A stretch of DNA of 64,000 nt from the NCBI GenBank assembly GCA_038087875.1, contig CM075994.1, positions 372,001-436,000 of the forward strand, read 5' to 3'. Shown piece after piece: positions 1 to 12,801 of this stretch. This DNA is from Malacoraja senta. Lineage: Eukaryota. The notes below the pieces were generated by a model, which saw only the letters and a program-made list of their open reading frames with translations, was not told the origin of the DNA and did no database searches. Position numbers and translations under genes: made by a program. Positions within the stretch are counted from its first letter, which is position 1. Each line of letters begins with the position of its first letter.

Positions 1-136
1 CTTCTGAACAAGGGTCTCGACCTGAAATGTTAACCGAAACGTGAAGGAATTTCCTGCCTGTCTGTGTGTATATTTCAGATAGAAGCAAAATGCTGGAATA
101 ACTCAGCAGGACAGGCAACATCTCTGGAGAGAAGGA

Positions 137-380
137 ATGGGTAGACATAAAGGCGTAGACTTTTTTCTAAATGGGGATTGGATTCAGAAATCGGAGGTGC
201 AAAGGGACTTGGGATTGCTGGTGCAGAATTTCCAAAAGGTTAATTTGCAAGTTCAATCGGTAGTGAGCGCAATGTTAGCATTTATTTCGAGAGGACTAGA
301 ATATAAAAACAAGGATGTAATGCTCAGGCTTTAAAAGGTGCTGGTATGATCGCACTTGGCGCATTGTGAGCAGTTTTGGG
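137..380 (+). mobile_element. CR1 LINE ORF2 C-terminal fragment (degenerate)
   Basis: ORF EVQRDLGLLV...MLAFISRGLEYKNKDVMLRL matches the CR1 ORF2 copies elsewhere in the window. Confidence 0.85.
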
Positions 381-384
381 CCCA

Positions 385-660
385 GGACCGCACAATGTTT
401 CCTCCTCTACCCTCAAGCTCTGTGCTGAACAACTGGCACCAGCCTACACAGATATTTTCAATCGGTTCCTGCAAACCTGCACTGTCCCTGCCTGCTTCAA
501 AGTCTCCACTATTGTTCCCCTACCCAAAAAGCCAAGGATTACTGGTCTTAATGACTAGAGGCCTGTCGCACTGACCTCTGTAATCATGAAGACCCTTGAA
601 AGACGTGCTGGCCAGACCCCCTACAGTTTGCATACCGGGCAAATAGATCAGTGCCCTTGT
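385..660 (+). mobile_element. Rex1/Babar-like LINE RT fragment
   Basis: LKLCAEQLAPAYTDIFN...[39 protein letters not shown], typical of the start of a Rex1-type RT. Confidence 0.75.
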
Positions 661-1264
661 CCTGAGGCGAGAGGGGCTGAACATTTTCACAGACGCTGCC
701 TGTGACTACTTTACCCCCTCCCCCCCCACCAACCCGTGACTCAGACTCTGGCGATGACCAGGGAGAGACACAAAGCTGGCAGAATGCTTCCCCTCCTCCG
801 GCACTGGGTGGAAAATGTGCAGTCTGACCTTACGGACAGAGTGGGGTATGGAGAACAAGGTTAGGAATTGGTGCTTGTCTCGTGAATAAATGGGCGCCGT
901 GATTTGGGTGAGCTTTCCGTGTGGGAACATGGACGTGGAACGGGAAGGGTAGTGGATAGATTCTTGAGGCTCTACTGAAGTAATGACGTGTACTTGGATG
1001 AGAAGCTACTCCAGGTAGCTCCTGGTTCTGGCAAGCCACGGGCGAGGGGGATGGCAGCTAGCGGGTGAGGGTGGGGCAGCATTGAGGAAGCAAGGTGTGG
1101 TATGAAAGGCTGTGGGAAGGTGAGGCAGGAGAAGGAGGGGGAATTAGACGAATGGATTGTTTATGGGCTGAGTGAAACATTTGCACCCTCTATTGGGAAC
1201 AGTTGGAATGGTTATCATCTACTTATTGGGAGTCAACCAATATTTCATATGAGAAAATATTCCT

Positions 1265-1905
1265 TCAGTCTTTTTTCCAGCACGTTTCCCAACCATTGGA
1301 CCTCCGTTTGACTCCCATGGTAGCATTCTCATTATTTGATACCTTTTGTATTAACTCTGCCCGTTCCTTTTCTTCACCCAGTGTCTGAATTCGCTCCATG
1401 AACCCGGGCCTCGCCTCTCCTTTTTCAAACTGAATCATGAGGTCAATGTAAGCTGGGATGGATAATGGGTTCGGCCTCAGAACTATTTCTTCAAGTCGTC
1501 TAATGCAAAAGTCGCCAGGATCTGAATGTTTTCTGTAATATCTCTTCCAAACATAGAAAGAATCGAATCAAAGACATATTTCTGTGTGTGAGTCAGGCGA
1601 GCCAGGGAGGCTTGAGTAACAAAACACACGTCGTCGATCTGATCAACACCCTGTGCAGAAGTGAAGAACTCGCGGATTTGCTCAGTGATCAGTTTATCCC
1701 GGCTGATGCCCCTTGTGTCTCAGAATCCTGGCGTGCCAATGATCATCAGAGAGTAATCGATGTTAAATCCTACCTGATGGTGGAGGTGGTAGGCAGTGAT
1801 GGAGGATGTCTGACTCTCAGCCTGGGATTTTCCTGTCTCTTCCCGTATTAACTTGTATCTGAAGTAGTCTCCCCATTCTACACCCAAGATGTAGTTGATC
1901 ATCCC
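1265..1905 (-). pseudogene. Pseudogene of a septin/AIG1-like P-loop GTPase domain protein (fish family with GMINYILGV and LRPNPLS motifs)
   Basis: Minus strand reads GMINYILGVEWGDYFRYKLI...SQAESQTSSIT...IIGTPGF*DTRGISRDKLITEQIREFF...CFVTQASLARLT, frameshift, QKYVFDSILSMFGRDITENIQILATFA, then jumps to CIRRLEEIVLRPNPLSIPAYIDLMIQFEKGEARPGFMERIQTL. In-frame TGA at 1720-1722; no Walker A. Family recognised from recalled motifs. Confidence 0.8.
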
Positions 1906-2366
1906 CGAAACTAACAGAGTTGTAGTCACTATCGTAAGATTGGTTGAGGCTCCCGTAGAGACATTAGCATGGGTAACTTAATGCCGCCCCAGTCAGAAAC
2001 CTGTTCTGAAGCAGAAAGCTTTTATCATTAGTGATAAGAGCAGATATCAAGGCAGGGATGTGTTCTAACTGCGAAATTATTTCAATAGGGAAATCAACGT
2101 GAAACCAACTGAAACTGAATGCCACATGTATCCTCAGAGATCACAGCCTTGCTATTCACTGCTGTAAAAAGCAAACGCCTACAGTCCCTGCTTTATCTGC
2201 TTATGTAGAGATATGTGCAGCTAATTATATTGCAACGTTCTGATCATGTTGTCACTCCGCAGACTACTTGTACTATGTTGGACACTGAATGGAAGGACCA
2301 TAGTCAGTGCTGTGGTCGTGATGAATCCATGCCTTCAGCAGTAAAAACCCAACATGTACAGAGCTA

Positions 2367-3380
2367 TTAATGATTTGGAAAAGGGATATTAATGATTTGG
2401 AAGAGGGAATTGGGAGCAACACTAGCAAGTTTGTGGATGACACAAAGCTGGGTGGCAGTGTGAACTGTGAAGAGGATGTTAGGAGGTTGCAGGGTGACCT
2501 GGACAGGTTGAGTGAGTGGGCAGATGCGTGGCAGATGCAGTATAATATAGATAAATGTGAGGTTATCCACTTTGGAGGCAAAAACAAGGGGGTAGATTAT
2601 TATCTCAATGGGGTTAGGTTAGGTAAGGGGGAGGTACAGCGAGACCTGGGTGTCCTTGTACACCGGTCAATGAAGGTTGGCGTGCAAGTACAGCAGGCAG
2701 TGAAGAAGGCTAATGGAATGTTGGCCTTCATAACAAGAGGATTTCAGTATATGAGTAGAGAGGTTCTTCTGCAGTTGTACAGGGCTCTGGTGAGACCACA
2801 TCTGGCGTATTGCGTACAGTTTTGGTCTTCTAATTTGAGGAAGGACATCCTTGTGATTGAGGCAGTGCAGCGTAGGTTCACGAGATTGATCCCTGGGATG
2901 GCAGGACTGTGATATGAGGAAAGATTGAAAAGACTAGGCTTGTATTCACTGGAGTTTAGAAGGATGAGGGGGGTCTTATAGAAACATATCAAATTATAAA
3001 AGGACTGGACAAGCTAGATGCAGGAAAAATGTTCCCAATGTTGAGCGAGTCCAGAACCAGGGGCCACAGTCTTAGACGAAAGGGGAGGCCATTTAAGACT
3101 GAAGTGAGAAAACAAGGGGTTGCTGTCTGCTCTCTTTTTCACCCAGAGAGTTGTGAATTTGTGGAATTCCCTGCCACAGAGGGCAGTGGAGGCCAAATCA
3201 CTGGATGGAATTAAGAGAGAGTTAGATAGAGCTCTAGGGGCTAGTGGATTCAAGGGATATGGGGAGAAGGCAGGCACGGGTTATTGATTGGGGAAGATCA
3301 GCCATGATCGCAATGAATGACGGTGCTGGGTCGAAGGGCCGAATGGCCTCCTCCTGCCCCCATTTTCTATGTTTCTATGT
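2367..3380 (+). mobile_element. 5'-truncated CR1 LINE
   Basis: ORF 2370-2912 (SKFVDDTKLGG, LVRPHLAYCVQFW), premature stop, 3'UTR ending in TTCTATGTTTCTATG. Confidence 0.95.
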
Positions 3381-3548
3381 TCATAAACCCTCATAAATGC
3401 ATATAACACAAAGTGCTGAACAGGCAGCATCTGAGGAAAGAAATAGACATGACATACAGAATTCCTCCAGCGCTATTTTTTACAAGATACTCGCTGGTTT
3501 ACTCCTTTGTGTTTCTCTCGGTCTAGGACATGCATCTGATTCACTCAC

Positions 3549-3900
3549 CGGTCGAGGAAGTGACGGCCTGTAGGGGGATTGCAATTTTGACAATGGGATA
3601 AATGGTGTTGCTGGGAGCCCACCCCTGCACTGTCAGCCCTGGTCAAACCCTGAACAGCGGACTGACTACTTGCCCTGCGCTGGAAGCTCTGATGTGCCGC
3701 CATATCTTTAACAAATCCCAGAGTCGACTCCAATGCCAACGGTGATCTGTCGGGGAAGGATATTCTGAACCTGTTCAAGTGCTGCCGCGGGTTCCTCTCC
3801 GGAGACTGGACTGGAATGCGGAAGGTATTCTATGAGTTTCAGTCTTACTGACTGGAGAGACCGAGCAACTACTCGCATAGCATCAAACCACAAAAGCGAC
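3549..3900 (-). other. Putative 5' exon ending in a CG|GTGAGT donor
   Basis: Non-TE sequence; donor at 3548-3543 conserved in the paralog at 12166-12161; ATG at 3703 present only in this copy. Confidence 0.45.
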
Positions 3901-4537
3901 AAGCGACGTGTGATAACAGAAGGGGTAGCAAGCCGACGGGAGAGTTGTGTGGATGCACCTGGCATAATATTCCCCGATTTAAATCGGAATTCCGATTTTT
4001 TTGTTTTCCTAGAACAATGTTCAGTTAACTCAGTAAACAATGTTATAAACGAGAAAACAAAATGGGGTGTATGAATATATAACTATATAAATATATATAT
4101 GTGTGTGTGTGTGTATATATAATATATATACCCACACACATAATTTCCCTCCTGGGATTAATAAAGTTCTATTGTATGGTATCGTGTGTGTAGGATGGAA
4201 CTGCAGATGCTGGTATAAACTGAAGATAGACACAAACATCGGGAGTAACTCCACAGGTCAGACAGAATATCTGGACGAAGAGAAAATATTACGTTTTGGG
4301 TTGGGTCTGAAATAGGTTTCTGCACACCTTTGGAATGTGAAAGGAAACAAGAGCACCCGGAGAAAACCGAAGCGATCAAGGGAAAAGGAGCAAACTCCAT
4401 ACGGACAGCACCCATATTCAGGATCAATTCCGGGTCTCTGGCACTTTTAGGCAGCAACTTTATGGCCAATGTACTGCCCCATAGTCTTGAACTTAATTAA
4501 AACATACAGTAGCTGTAAAGGGGGCATAGCGTCACTT

Positions 4538-6936
4538 GATTTGATTTGATTTGATATCTTTTATTTCGAACGAACGATTAAAAAAAGAAAAGAAAAGATG
4601 AAAATGAATAATAAATAAAGGAAAATTATATATATACATATATATATATACATAAATACATACACACATACATACATATACATGTACATATATACATACA
4701 TATACACACATACACATATACATAACATATATGTACATACATAAATTAAAAAATCAAAAGCCAATTTCAACATAATACACAGACTCGTTCGAAAAGGGAT
4801 AGGAAGAAGCCTGTGCTTGTCAAGTCCTACCCCCATTCTTCACCATTAACAAATGCAAATTCAATAAAATAAACTAAACAGACAATTCAAATAAAACTAC
4901 TCCAATCAAGCTATTAAGAAAAAAAGAACAAAAAAAGAAAAGAACAGAAAGAACAAGCACCATTAACATCTGTGAGATTTACATTCTCCTCCTTCCTCAT
5001 TACTGTACTTTTCAAAGATATATCTTTCGTACATTTTTTTAAATTGCATTATATTCATACTTTGTTTAATCGTTTCATCAAGACCATTCCACAAATGGAA
5101 ATACACATACTTTTTAAATTGGTCCGAGCATAATGCTGTTTCAAGTTTAGTTTCCCTCTAAAGTTATAACCCCCCTCTCTATCTCTGAACAGTTTTTGTA
5201 TGTTTACAGGTAGCAGTTTATTTTTTGCTTCATAAATTATTTGTGTAGTCTTAAATTCTACCAGATCCTAAATCTTTAAGGTGTGTAATTTTAAATACAG
5301 TATATTGGTGTGTTCATGATATCCTACATTGTTTACTACACGAATAGCTCTTTTTTGTAGTGTGCTTAGTGATTGTACGGTGGTTTTGTAGGTGTTGCCC
5401 CATACTTCCACACAGTAATTTAAATACGGTAACACAAGTGAGCTGTACAGAATATACAGTGCTCTCTCATTCAAAACATGCCTTGCTTTCCCCATCACTC
5501 CAATACTCCGTGCTACTTTTGCTCTCACATGTTTTATATGGGGTTTCCAGCAGATTTTGTGAGCAAGAATCACACCCAGAAATTTATTTTCATACACTCT
5601 TTCTATTTCAACATTATTTATCATTACTTTTACTTGCGTATTTATTTTGCATTTTCCAAACAGCATAAGTTTGGTTTTGTTTCAATTTAATGATAATTTA
5701 TTCAAATCAAACCATGTTTTTAGTTTACTCATTTCTGCTGTGACCACCTCCAAAAGCTGCTGCAAATTGTCCCCATCACAGAAAATATTAGTGTCATCTG
5801 CAAATAACACAAATTTCAAGAGGTTTGACACCCTACATATATCATTAATATACAGAATAAATAATTTGGGGCCCAAAACCGACCCCTGTGGGACTCCACA
5901 AGTTATTTCTAAGCATGTTGATTTGCAGTCCCCTATTTGCACAAACTGATGCCTTTTACTTATGTAGCTTCTCATCCACTCTAGTACAACCCCTCTGATT
6001 CCATACTTTTCCAGTTTTTTGATTAGCAAATGATGATCAATTGCATCGAATGCTTTTTTCAAATCTATAAATACACCCACTGCATATTTCTTGTTATCTA
6101 TAGAACTGGTAATGTCTTCAATTAACTCCATTAATGCCATGGATGTCGATCTGTTTGACCTGAATCCATATTGACTATCAACTAGCAATTCGTGCTTCTT
6201 GATAAATTTATCTAATCTACTTACATACAGTTTTTCTAATATTTTTGAGAACTGAGAGAGTAACGACACCGGCCTGTAATTTGTAAATTGATTTCTGTCT
6301 CCAGCTTTGTATAGTGGGATGACTTTGGCAGTTTTCGTTTTACATGGAAATACACCAGTTTTGAAAGATAAATTGCAAATATAAGTTAAGGGTTTTACAA
6401 TTACACCAATGACTACCTTGATTAAAGCCATATCAATGTCATTCCAGTCTGTAGACCTTTTATTCTTACAATTACTAACAATGTAAATAATCTCCTTTTC
6501 ATCAGCTGCTTTCAAAAACATTGAGTTTGGGTTGCTGTCTAACAAATCCACAACCTTCCCCTCTCTTTCTTCTGACTGTGGATTATCGATTTCTTCTGCC
6601 AGTTTTGGTCCACACTTACAAAAAATTTGTTAAACCCATTAACACATCATTCATATCGCTTACAGTTGTATCATTGTCTTCAAAATTCTGAGGGTAGTTT
6701 ATATTCATTGATCCATTCCTGATAATATTATTTAACACATTCCATATGCCCTTAATATTATTTTTATTATCGTTTAATATTTTATTATAATAATCTTTCT
6801 TACATGTCCTCATAATACTAGTCAATTTGTTTTTATATCTTTTGTATTTACTTTCTGCTTCTATAGTTCTAAATTTTATGAATTCTTTATAGAAGATATT
6901 CTTTTTTTTGCATGCATTTTGTAGTCCTTTTGTCAT
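4538..6936 (-). mobile_element. 5'-truncated L2/Crack-like LINE (RT, frameshifted)
   Basis: ORFs 6616-6936, 5682-6551 ([32 protein letters not shown]) and 5268-5666; (ATCAA)n tail near 4540; absent from the paralogous site near 40190. Confidence 0.85.
4628..4745. repeat. (TA/TACA)n microsatellite
   Basis: Seen directly. Confidence 0.9.
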
Positions 6937-7011
6937 CTTGGAGATTTAAAACTGAAAATGGATATTTTTAGTAAGCAAAGTTATCAACGTATATTTTTTT
7001 GTAACAAAATA

Positions 7012-7232
7012 TAGTGGCACAGCTGGTAGACTTGCTGCCTCACATGCCAGAGATCTGTGTTCGATCCTGTCCTCGGGCACTGTCTGTGTTGAATTTGCAC
7101 ATTCTCCCTGCAAGCGTGTGGGTTTCCTCCCACATCCCAAAGACGCATTGGCTTTGTAGGTTAACTTGCCTCTGTAAAATTGCCCCTAATGTGTAGGGAG
7201 TGGGTGAGGAAAGTGGGATAACAGAACTTGTG
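7012..7232 (+). mobile_element. tRNA-derived HE1/V-SINE-like SINE
   Basis: A-box-like TGGCACAGCTGG, B-box GTTCGATCC and V-SINE-like core; inverted relative at about 4325-4480. Confidence 0.7.
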
Positions 7233-7237
7233 TGAAT

Positions 7238-8278
7238 GGGTAGACAAAAATGCTGGAGAAACTCAGCGGGTGAGGCAGCATCTATGGAGCGAAGGAAATA
7301 TGCGACGTTTTGGGTCGAGACCCTTCTTCAGACTGATGTGAGGGTGGGGGGATGGGAAGAAGACAGGAAGAGGCAGAGACAGTGGGCTGAGGGAGAGCTG
7401 GGAAGGGGAGGAGAAAACAGGGATAACCTGAAATTGAAGAAGTCAATGTTCATACCGCTGGGGTGTAAACTGCCCAAGCGAAATATGAGGTGCTGCTCCT
7501 CCAATTTACGGTGGGCCTCGCTCTGGCCATGGAAGAGGCCCAGGACAGAAAGGTCACCAATGTAGATCAGCTGAGCAGTGGATGCAATAGATGAGGTCGG
7601 AGGAGGTACAGGTGAACCTCTGCAGCACCTGGAAAGACTACTTGGGTCCTTGAATGGAGTCAAGGTAAAGCGACAAGTGTAGCATTTCCTGCGGTTGCAA
7701 GGGAAGGTGCTAGGAGAGGGGGTGGTTTGGGTGGAAAGGGACGAATTGAGCAGGGAGTTACGGAGGGAGCGGTCTCTGCGGAAAGCCAACAGGGGAGGAG
7801 ATGGGAAGATGTGGCCAGTAGTGGGATCCCATTGGTAGACAATGCTGGAGAAAATCAGCGGGTAAGGCAGCATCTATGGAGTGAAGGAATATATGACGTT
7901 TCGGGTCGAGACCCTTCTTTAGATTGATGTCGGGGGGGGACACACGAAAATGAAAGGAAGAGGCGGAGACAGTAGGCTGTGGGAGAGCTGGGAATGGGAG
8001 GGGAAGGAGGGAGAAAGTAAGGACTACCTGAAATTAGAAAAGCCAATGTTCATACCGCTGGGGTGTAAACTACCCAAGCAAATATGAGGTGCTGCTCCTC
8101 AAATATGCGGTGGGCCTCACTCTGGCCATGGAGGAGGCTCAGGACAGAAAGGTCGGATTCGGAATGGGAAGGGGAGTTGAAGTGTTGAGCCATCGGGTGA
8201 TCAGGTTGGTTATTGCGAACTGAGTGGAGGTGTTATGCGAAGTGATCGCCAAGCCTGCACTTGGTCTCTCCGAGGTTG
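7238..8278 (-). mobile_element. Tandem Penelope-like (GIY-YIG) 3' fragments
   Basis: RKLEEQHLIFRLGSLHPSGMNIDF C-terminus plus terminal repeat with degenerate hammerhead motif, two units. Confidence 0.8.
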
Positions 8279-9126
8279 ATCATACGCTGAATAATCCAAC
8301 CACATTTTTGTTTGGAAGTGGAAAGTAATAATAGAAATTGCATTCATTGCAATGTGTAAAAAGAGTTGAGATACTGTATTATAATTTTGCTGCATGTCAT
8401 TGTGGTATATATCATGTCTTGATTGGTGAATATGTTTAGTTTGTGATTTTATTTGAAGCAGAAATAATATGTGAATGTTTCATATTGTGTTTTTGATTTT
8501 TGTTTTTGGATTTAATTCTATCTTTAATTTGTGTTCTGGTGATGTCTTTGCTATTTATTTCATTCCGCTTATATGTTTCTACACTATTTGTTAAACTTTG
8601 TAAGGTGTCCTTGAGACTTTGTGAAAGGCGCCCATAAATAAAATCTATTATTATTATTATTATTGAGCATAATTCCAACTGGTAACTACGCACTTCGTCC
8701 ATATTATCGCACGCGTCATGCAAGCCGTCTTAAATGACCACCTAAACTGTCAACTTAAAAGCTGCCAAGGTTGCCCGGCTGACAACGGAGAAAAAAAATT
8801 AAGTGAGAGCCCTGCAAGGTGTATAATATTTTTGACACTGCCATAGGCCTTTCTTACATATGTTGTCACAACGCACTGTAGTCTCTAAACAACCCTTCAG
8901 TAATTTTCCTTGCCCTCCATTTCAGAATAATAGTGTTTTAATCCAATAACTCAACACTAGCACTGGCAATAAATAAATAAATAAAAACGCAGCTTTTTAG
9001 CCCCTTATCTCATTGGCCATGCTCGCTGCAAATCGGTGTCAATCTGGTGGACCATCTTCCTCTAGTCGGGGGTGGGGAATTGGGAGGGGCCTCACAAGTG
9101 GAACAGCTTAGGCCCTCTCTTCATCT

Positions 9127-9865
9127 AAATCCGGCCGTGACTAAACCTCGCCTCAACTACGAAACCTCGCCTCGACTAAACTCCACCTCACACTCAAACC
9201 TCAACTCACCAAACCTGCCTCGACTAAACTCCACCTCACACTCAAACCTCAACTCACTAAACCTCGCCTCGACTAAACTCCACCTCACGACTAAACACCT
9301 CTCGACTAAACTCCACCTCTCGACTAAACTCCACCTCTCGACTAAACTCCACCTCACGACTAAACTCCACCTCACGACTAAACTCCACCTCACACCTAAT
9401 CCACGCCTCGACAAATCACCGCCTCTCTGTTCCCGTGGGGGGGGGACTCGGGGTCAACGTCAGCGCCAGTGCGCCTCTCCCCTCCCCTCCCACCGACTCT
9501 CTCGGGCAAGGCGCCTGCGCCGCTCTTGGCCCTGCACCCCAGGTTGGAGCCGCTCCGCTCACGTGTGGCGCCGCCAATGATTGGGTTTGGGGGGGGGGGT
9601 AGAGGCTAGAAATTGCGGGGGCGGGTGAGAGCCGGCGATTAGTCGATGCGTGGATTAGGTGCGAGGTGAAGTTTAGTCGTGAGGTGGGAGGTTTCGTTGA
9701 GGTGAGGTGTGAGGTGAAGTTTAGTGAGGTGTGAGGTTTCTTTGAGGGGCGAGGTTTAGTGAGGCACAGTTTAGTGGAGGCGAGGTTTATGTGTGAGGAG
9801 AGGTTTGGTAGTGAGGTATCGTCGAGGCGAGGGGTTTAGTGAGGCGAGGGGATTAGTCGAGGTGT
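9127..9865. repeat. Foldback structure: minisatellite arms in inverted orientation around a GC-rich core
   Basis: ACTAAACTCCACCTC(A/T)CG units at 9138-9395; complementary GAGGTGAAGTTTAGT-type units at 9650-9865. Confidence 0.75.
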
Positions 9866-10084
9866 ACGTGTGTAGGGGAGGTGAGAAGAAGTGAGCGTCC
9901 GAGCTCAGAAAGGGAGACCGAGGTGCTGCTGAAGGAGGCGAGACCTCTGCCTTCTGTGGCAGAGAAATCCGCAAATTCACAACTCTCTGGGTGAAAAACA
10001 TTTTGCTCATCTCTGTGCCAGGCAAAGATGCCATTTCAAGTAACATTTTGTGTAAAGATTTTTTTAGTTGTATGAAGTAATTTA

Positions 10085-10365
10085 TTGAAACATATAAGAT
10101 TATTAACGGGTTGGACACGCTAGAGGCAGGAAACATGTTCCCAATGCTGGGAGAGTCCAGAACAAGGGGGCATAGTTTAAGAATAAGTGGTAAGCTATTT
10201 GGAACGGAGATGAGGAAAACTTTTTCACACAGAGTTGTGAGTGTGTGGAATTATTTGCCTCAGGAGGCTGGTTCTCTGGATGCTTTCAAGAGAGAGTTAG
10301 ATATAGCTCTTATGGATAGCGGATTTAAGGGATATGGTGAGAAGGCAGGAACGGGGTACTGATTG
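10085..10365 (+). mobile_element. CR1 3' fragment
   Basis: MFPMLGESRTRGHSLRI...GYGEKAGTGY*. Confidence 0.85.
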
Positions 10366-10966
10366 TGGATGAAAAAGTTCAGAGTCCACAAACACCCCCT
10401 GGTCCGTTTCTATCAATCCATCATTGAAAGCATCATCACCTCCTCAATCACAGTCTGGTACGGAAACACTGACAGTCACTCACTACACAGAATACAGCGC
10501 CTTGTCTCCAAGGCCTCTAGGATCATCAACTCTCCCCTCCCCTCAATCCATACCATTTACCTCTAACGTACCTTAAAACGGGCAATAAAGATCATCTCGG
10601 ACCCCTCCCATCCAGCAAACCACCTTTTCCAGTCTCTCCCTTCAGGGAGGCGCCTTAGGTCACTTGCTACAAAATCCACCCGCAACAAAATCCCCTCAGC
10701 AATAAGAACACTCAATTCCCTCCAATAACAGACAATACTAAGGACTTTTAGTGTATACAGTGTCTTGTCTATGGTCTTGTCTGTTCTTTTGCACTATGTA
10801 TTGTTGGTGAGATTTGTGATTTGTGATGTGGTATGGATGCACTTTATTACTATGATCTGTGTTGTTATTAGTGTTAATGTGACAAAAGCAGTGTACCATC
10901 ATGTACCGAACCCAATTACCACCAACCCTGGTCGTGTGGCAAATAAAGATTCTATCTATCTATCTA
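10365..10966 (+). mobile_element. Rex1-like LINE 3' fragment
   Basis: LVRFYQSIIESIITSSITVWYG...; ends AATAAAG followed by a (CTAT)n tail. Confidence 0.7.
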
Positions 10967-11699
10967 ATGGCGGTGCTGGCTCGAAGGGCCGAATGGCCTA
11001 CTCCTGCACCTATTATCTATTATCTATTTCATGAAATATATATATATATATCTGTTGGCGTTTATTTTACTGGTTATGTGTTAAAAAAAATCTAAGCTTC
11101 TGTTATGTAAACTACCAGCAGAAAGCTTGGGAATCACTTTCAATTTATGCTTCTTCTTGCGTATGGTGTGCACAGCCTAAAGTTGTAGGACAACTTGTTC
11201 TATTTGATCTTATTTGATTGTGCACGCCGGGTTGATTGCATTCGTCGAAACAGGGCGGACCACGTGAAGGTTGCAATCTTCCACCCCTTTAATTTATTGA
11301 AAATGCAGGAGCCCGCCGGGGACCTAGCCGGCCTCCTGGACCCCCCCGGCCAATACTTTCTACTTTTTTTTCTGGAGTTCAAAATCATGCCTGACGCACT
11401 CATCCTCCACACCCACAATAATCAGTTGACCCTGCCAACGATTAGAGAGTAGTCCTCAGCCACTCTCGACCTCATTAGAAACCCTCGGACTACCTTTCAT
11501 CGGACTCTACTGGACTTTATTTTGCACTTGGCATTATTCACTTTCTTCCTTTAATCCGTATTTGTACATTGGGGATGTCTCGATTGTAATCATGTATAGT
11601 CTTTCCGCTGACTGGTGAGCATGGAATAAAATTGTTTCACTGTACCTCGGTAGAAGTGACAATAAACTAAACTCAGATTCAGGTTTCTTTGAATCAGAA

Positions 11700-12515
11700 G
11701 CGATAAGAGCAGTTACCAAATGGAAAAGTATTTCGATGGCGAAAACAACATGAAACAAACTGAAACATATTGCAACATGTATCCTCAGAGATCACAGCCC
11801 TGCTATTCACAGCTGTAAAAAACAAATGCCTGCAGTCCCCGTTTTATCTGGTTATGTGGAGATATGCGCAGCTAATTACACAGCAACTTTCTGATCATGT
11901 TGTCACAACGCGGAGTTACTGCACACTGAGCGGAAGGAACATGGTCAGTGCTGTGATGGCGACGAATCCCTGCATTCAGCAGTCAAATTCGAACATGCAC
12001 AGAGCTGGATACACACACGCATGACATAGATAGCCCCGTAAAGGCGCAGAACACAAAGTGCTGAAGGAACAGGTGACGTAAAGAGTTTCCCCGTGGTTAT
12101 TATTTACAAGAATCCCGCAGATTTCCTTTTTTGTTTTTCCCGGGAACATGCATCTGATTCACTCACCGGTCGAGGAAGCGTCCGTCTGCAGCTGTAGGGG
12201 GGTTGCAGCATTGACGATGGGACGAACGGTCTCGCTGGGAGCCCCCTCCTGCACTGTCAGCGCTGAGCCTCACCGGACTGACACAAACACCGCGCCGGGA
12301 GCTCTGATGTGCCGCTGCCTTTAACAAATCCCAGAGTCGACTCCAATGCCAGCGGTGATATCTGTGGGGGAACGATATTCTGAACCTGTTCGTGCAGGAC
12401 TGAAAGACTGGACTGGAATGCGGAAGGTATTCTATGAGTTTCAGTCTTACTCACTGGAGAGACCGGGCAACTACTCACATAGCACCAAGCCACAAAAGCG
12501 ACAACTAACGTCATA
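11700..12515. repeat. Local duplication, copy 2, including the putative 5' exon (12167-12500, minus strand)
   Basis: Collinear with 2030-3910 without the CR1; donor GTGAGT at 12166-12161. Confidence 0.85.
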
Positions 12516-12801
12516 AGGTCATTGGCAATAGTAGCAGAATTAGGCCATTCGATCCATCGTCTTCTCCGCTGTCATTGGTACTAATTAAGAATCTATCTAT
12601 ATCTACCTTTAAAATATCCATAGACTTGGCCTCCACAACTTTCTGTGGAAATATTTCCACAGATTCACCACCCTCTGACTAAAGAAATTCCTCTTCATCT
12701 TCCTAAAGGAACTTCTTATAATTCTGAGGCTAACCTTAAATCCTAGATTCTCCCACTAGTGGAATCATCCTCCCCACATCAACTCCATCCAAACCTTTCA
12801 C

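Larger units (their letters stand above)
2030..3910. repeat. Local duplication, copy 1 (paralog of 11700-12515), interrupted by a CR1
   Basis: 2030-2366 aligns by eye with 11700-12006, and 3405-3910 with 12050-12515. Confidence 0.85.
4010..8814 (+). mobile_element. Right part of composite non-autonomous hAT (copy A), with a nested LINE
   Basis: 4010-4530 plus 6937-8814 align with about 39670-41653; similarity stops at the terminus AAGTGAGAGCCCTG. Confidence 0.75.

Noticed and set aside
706..1039. Short minus-strand ORFs as exons
   Set aside because: No recognisable motif and no convincing splice pair.
2095..2120. IRF/ISRE site
   Set aside because: Only a partial AANNGAAA match, expected by chance.
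4532..4836. Hydrophobic ORFs
   Set aside because: Microsatellite translation in a LINE 3'UTR.
7012..7075. tRNA gene
   Set aside because: The A/B boxes are the head of a SINE; no cloverleaf is evident.
9047..9580. 177-aa ORF with TKLHL repeats
   Set aside because: By-product of the 18-bp minisatellite.
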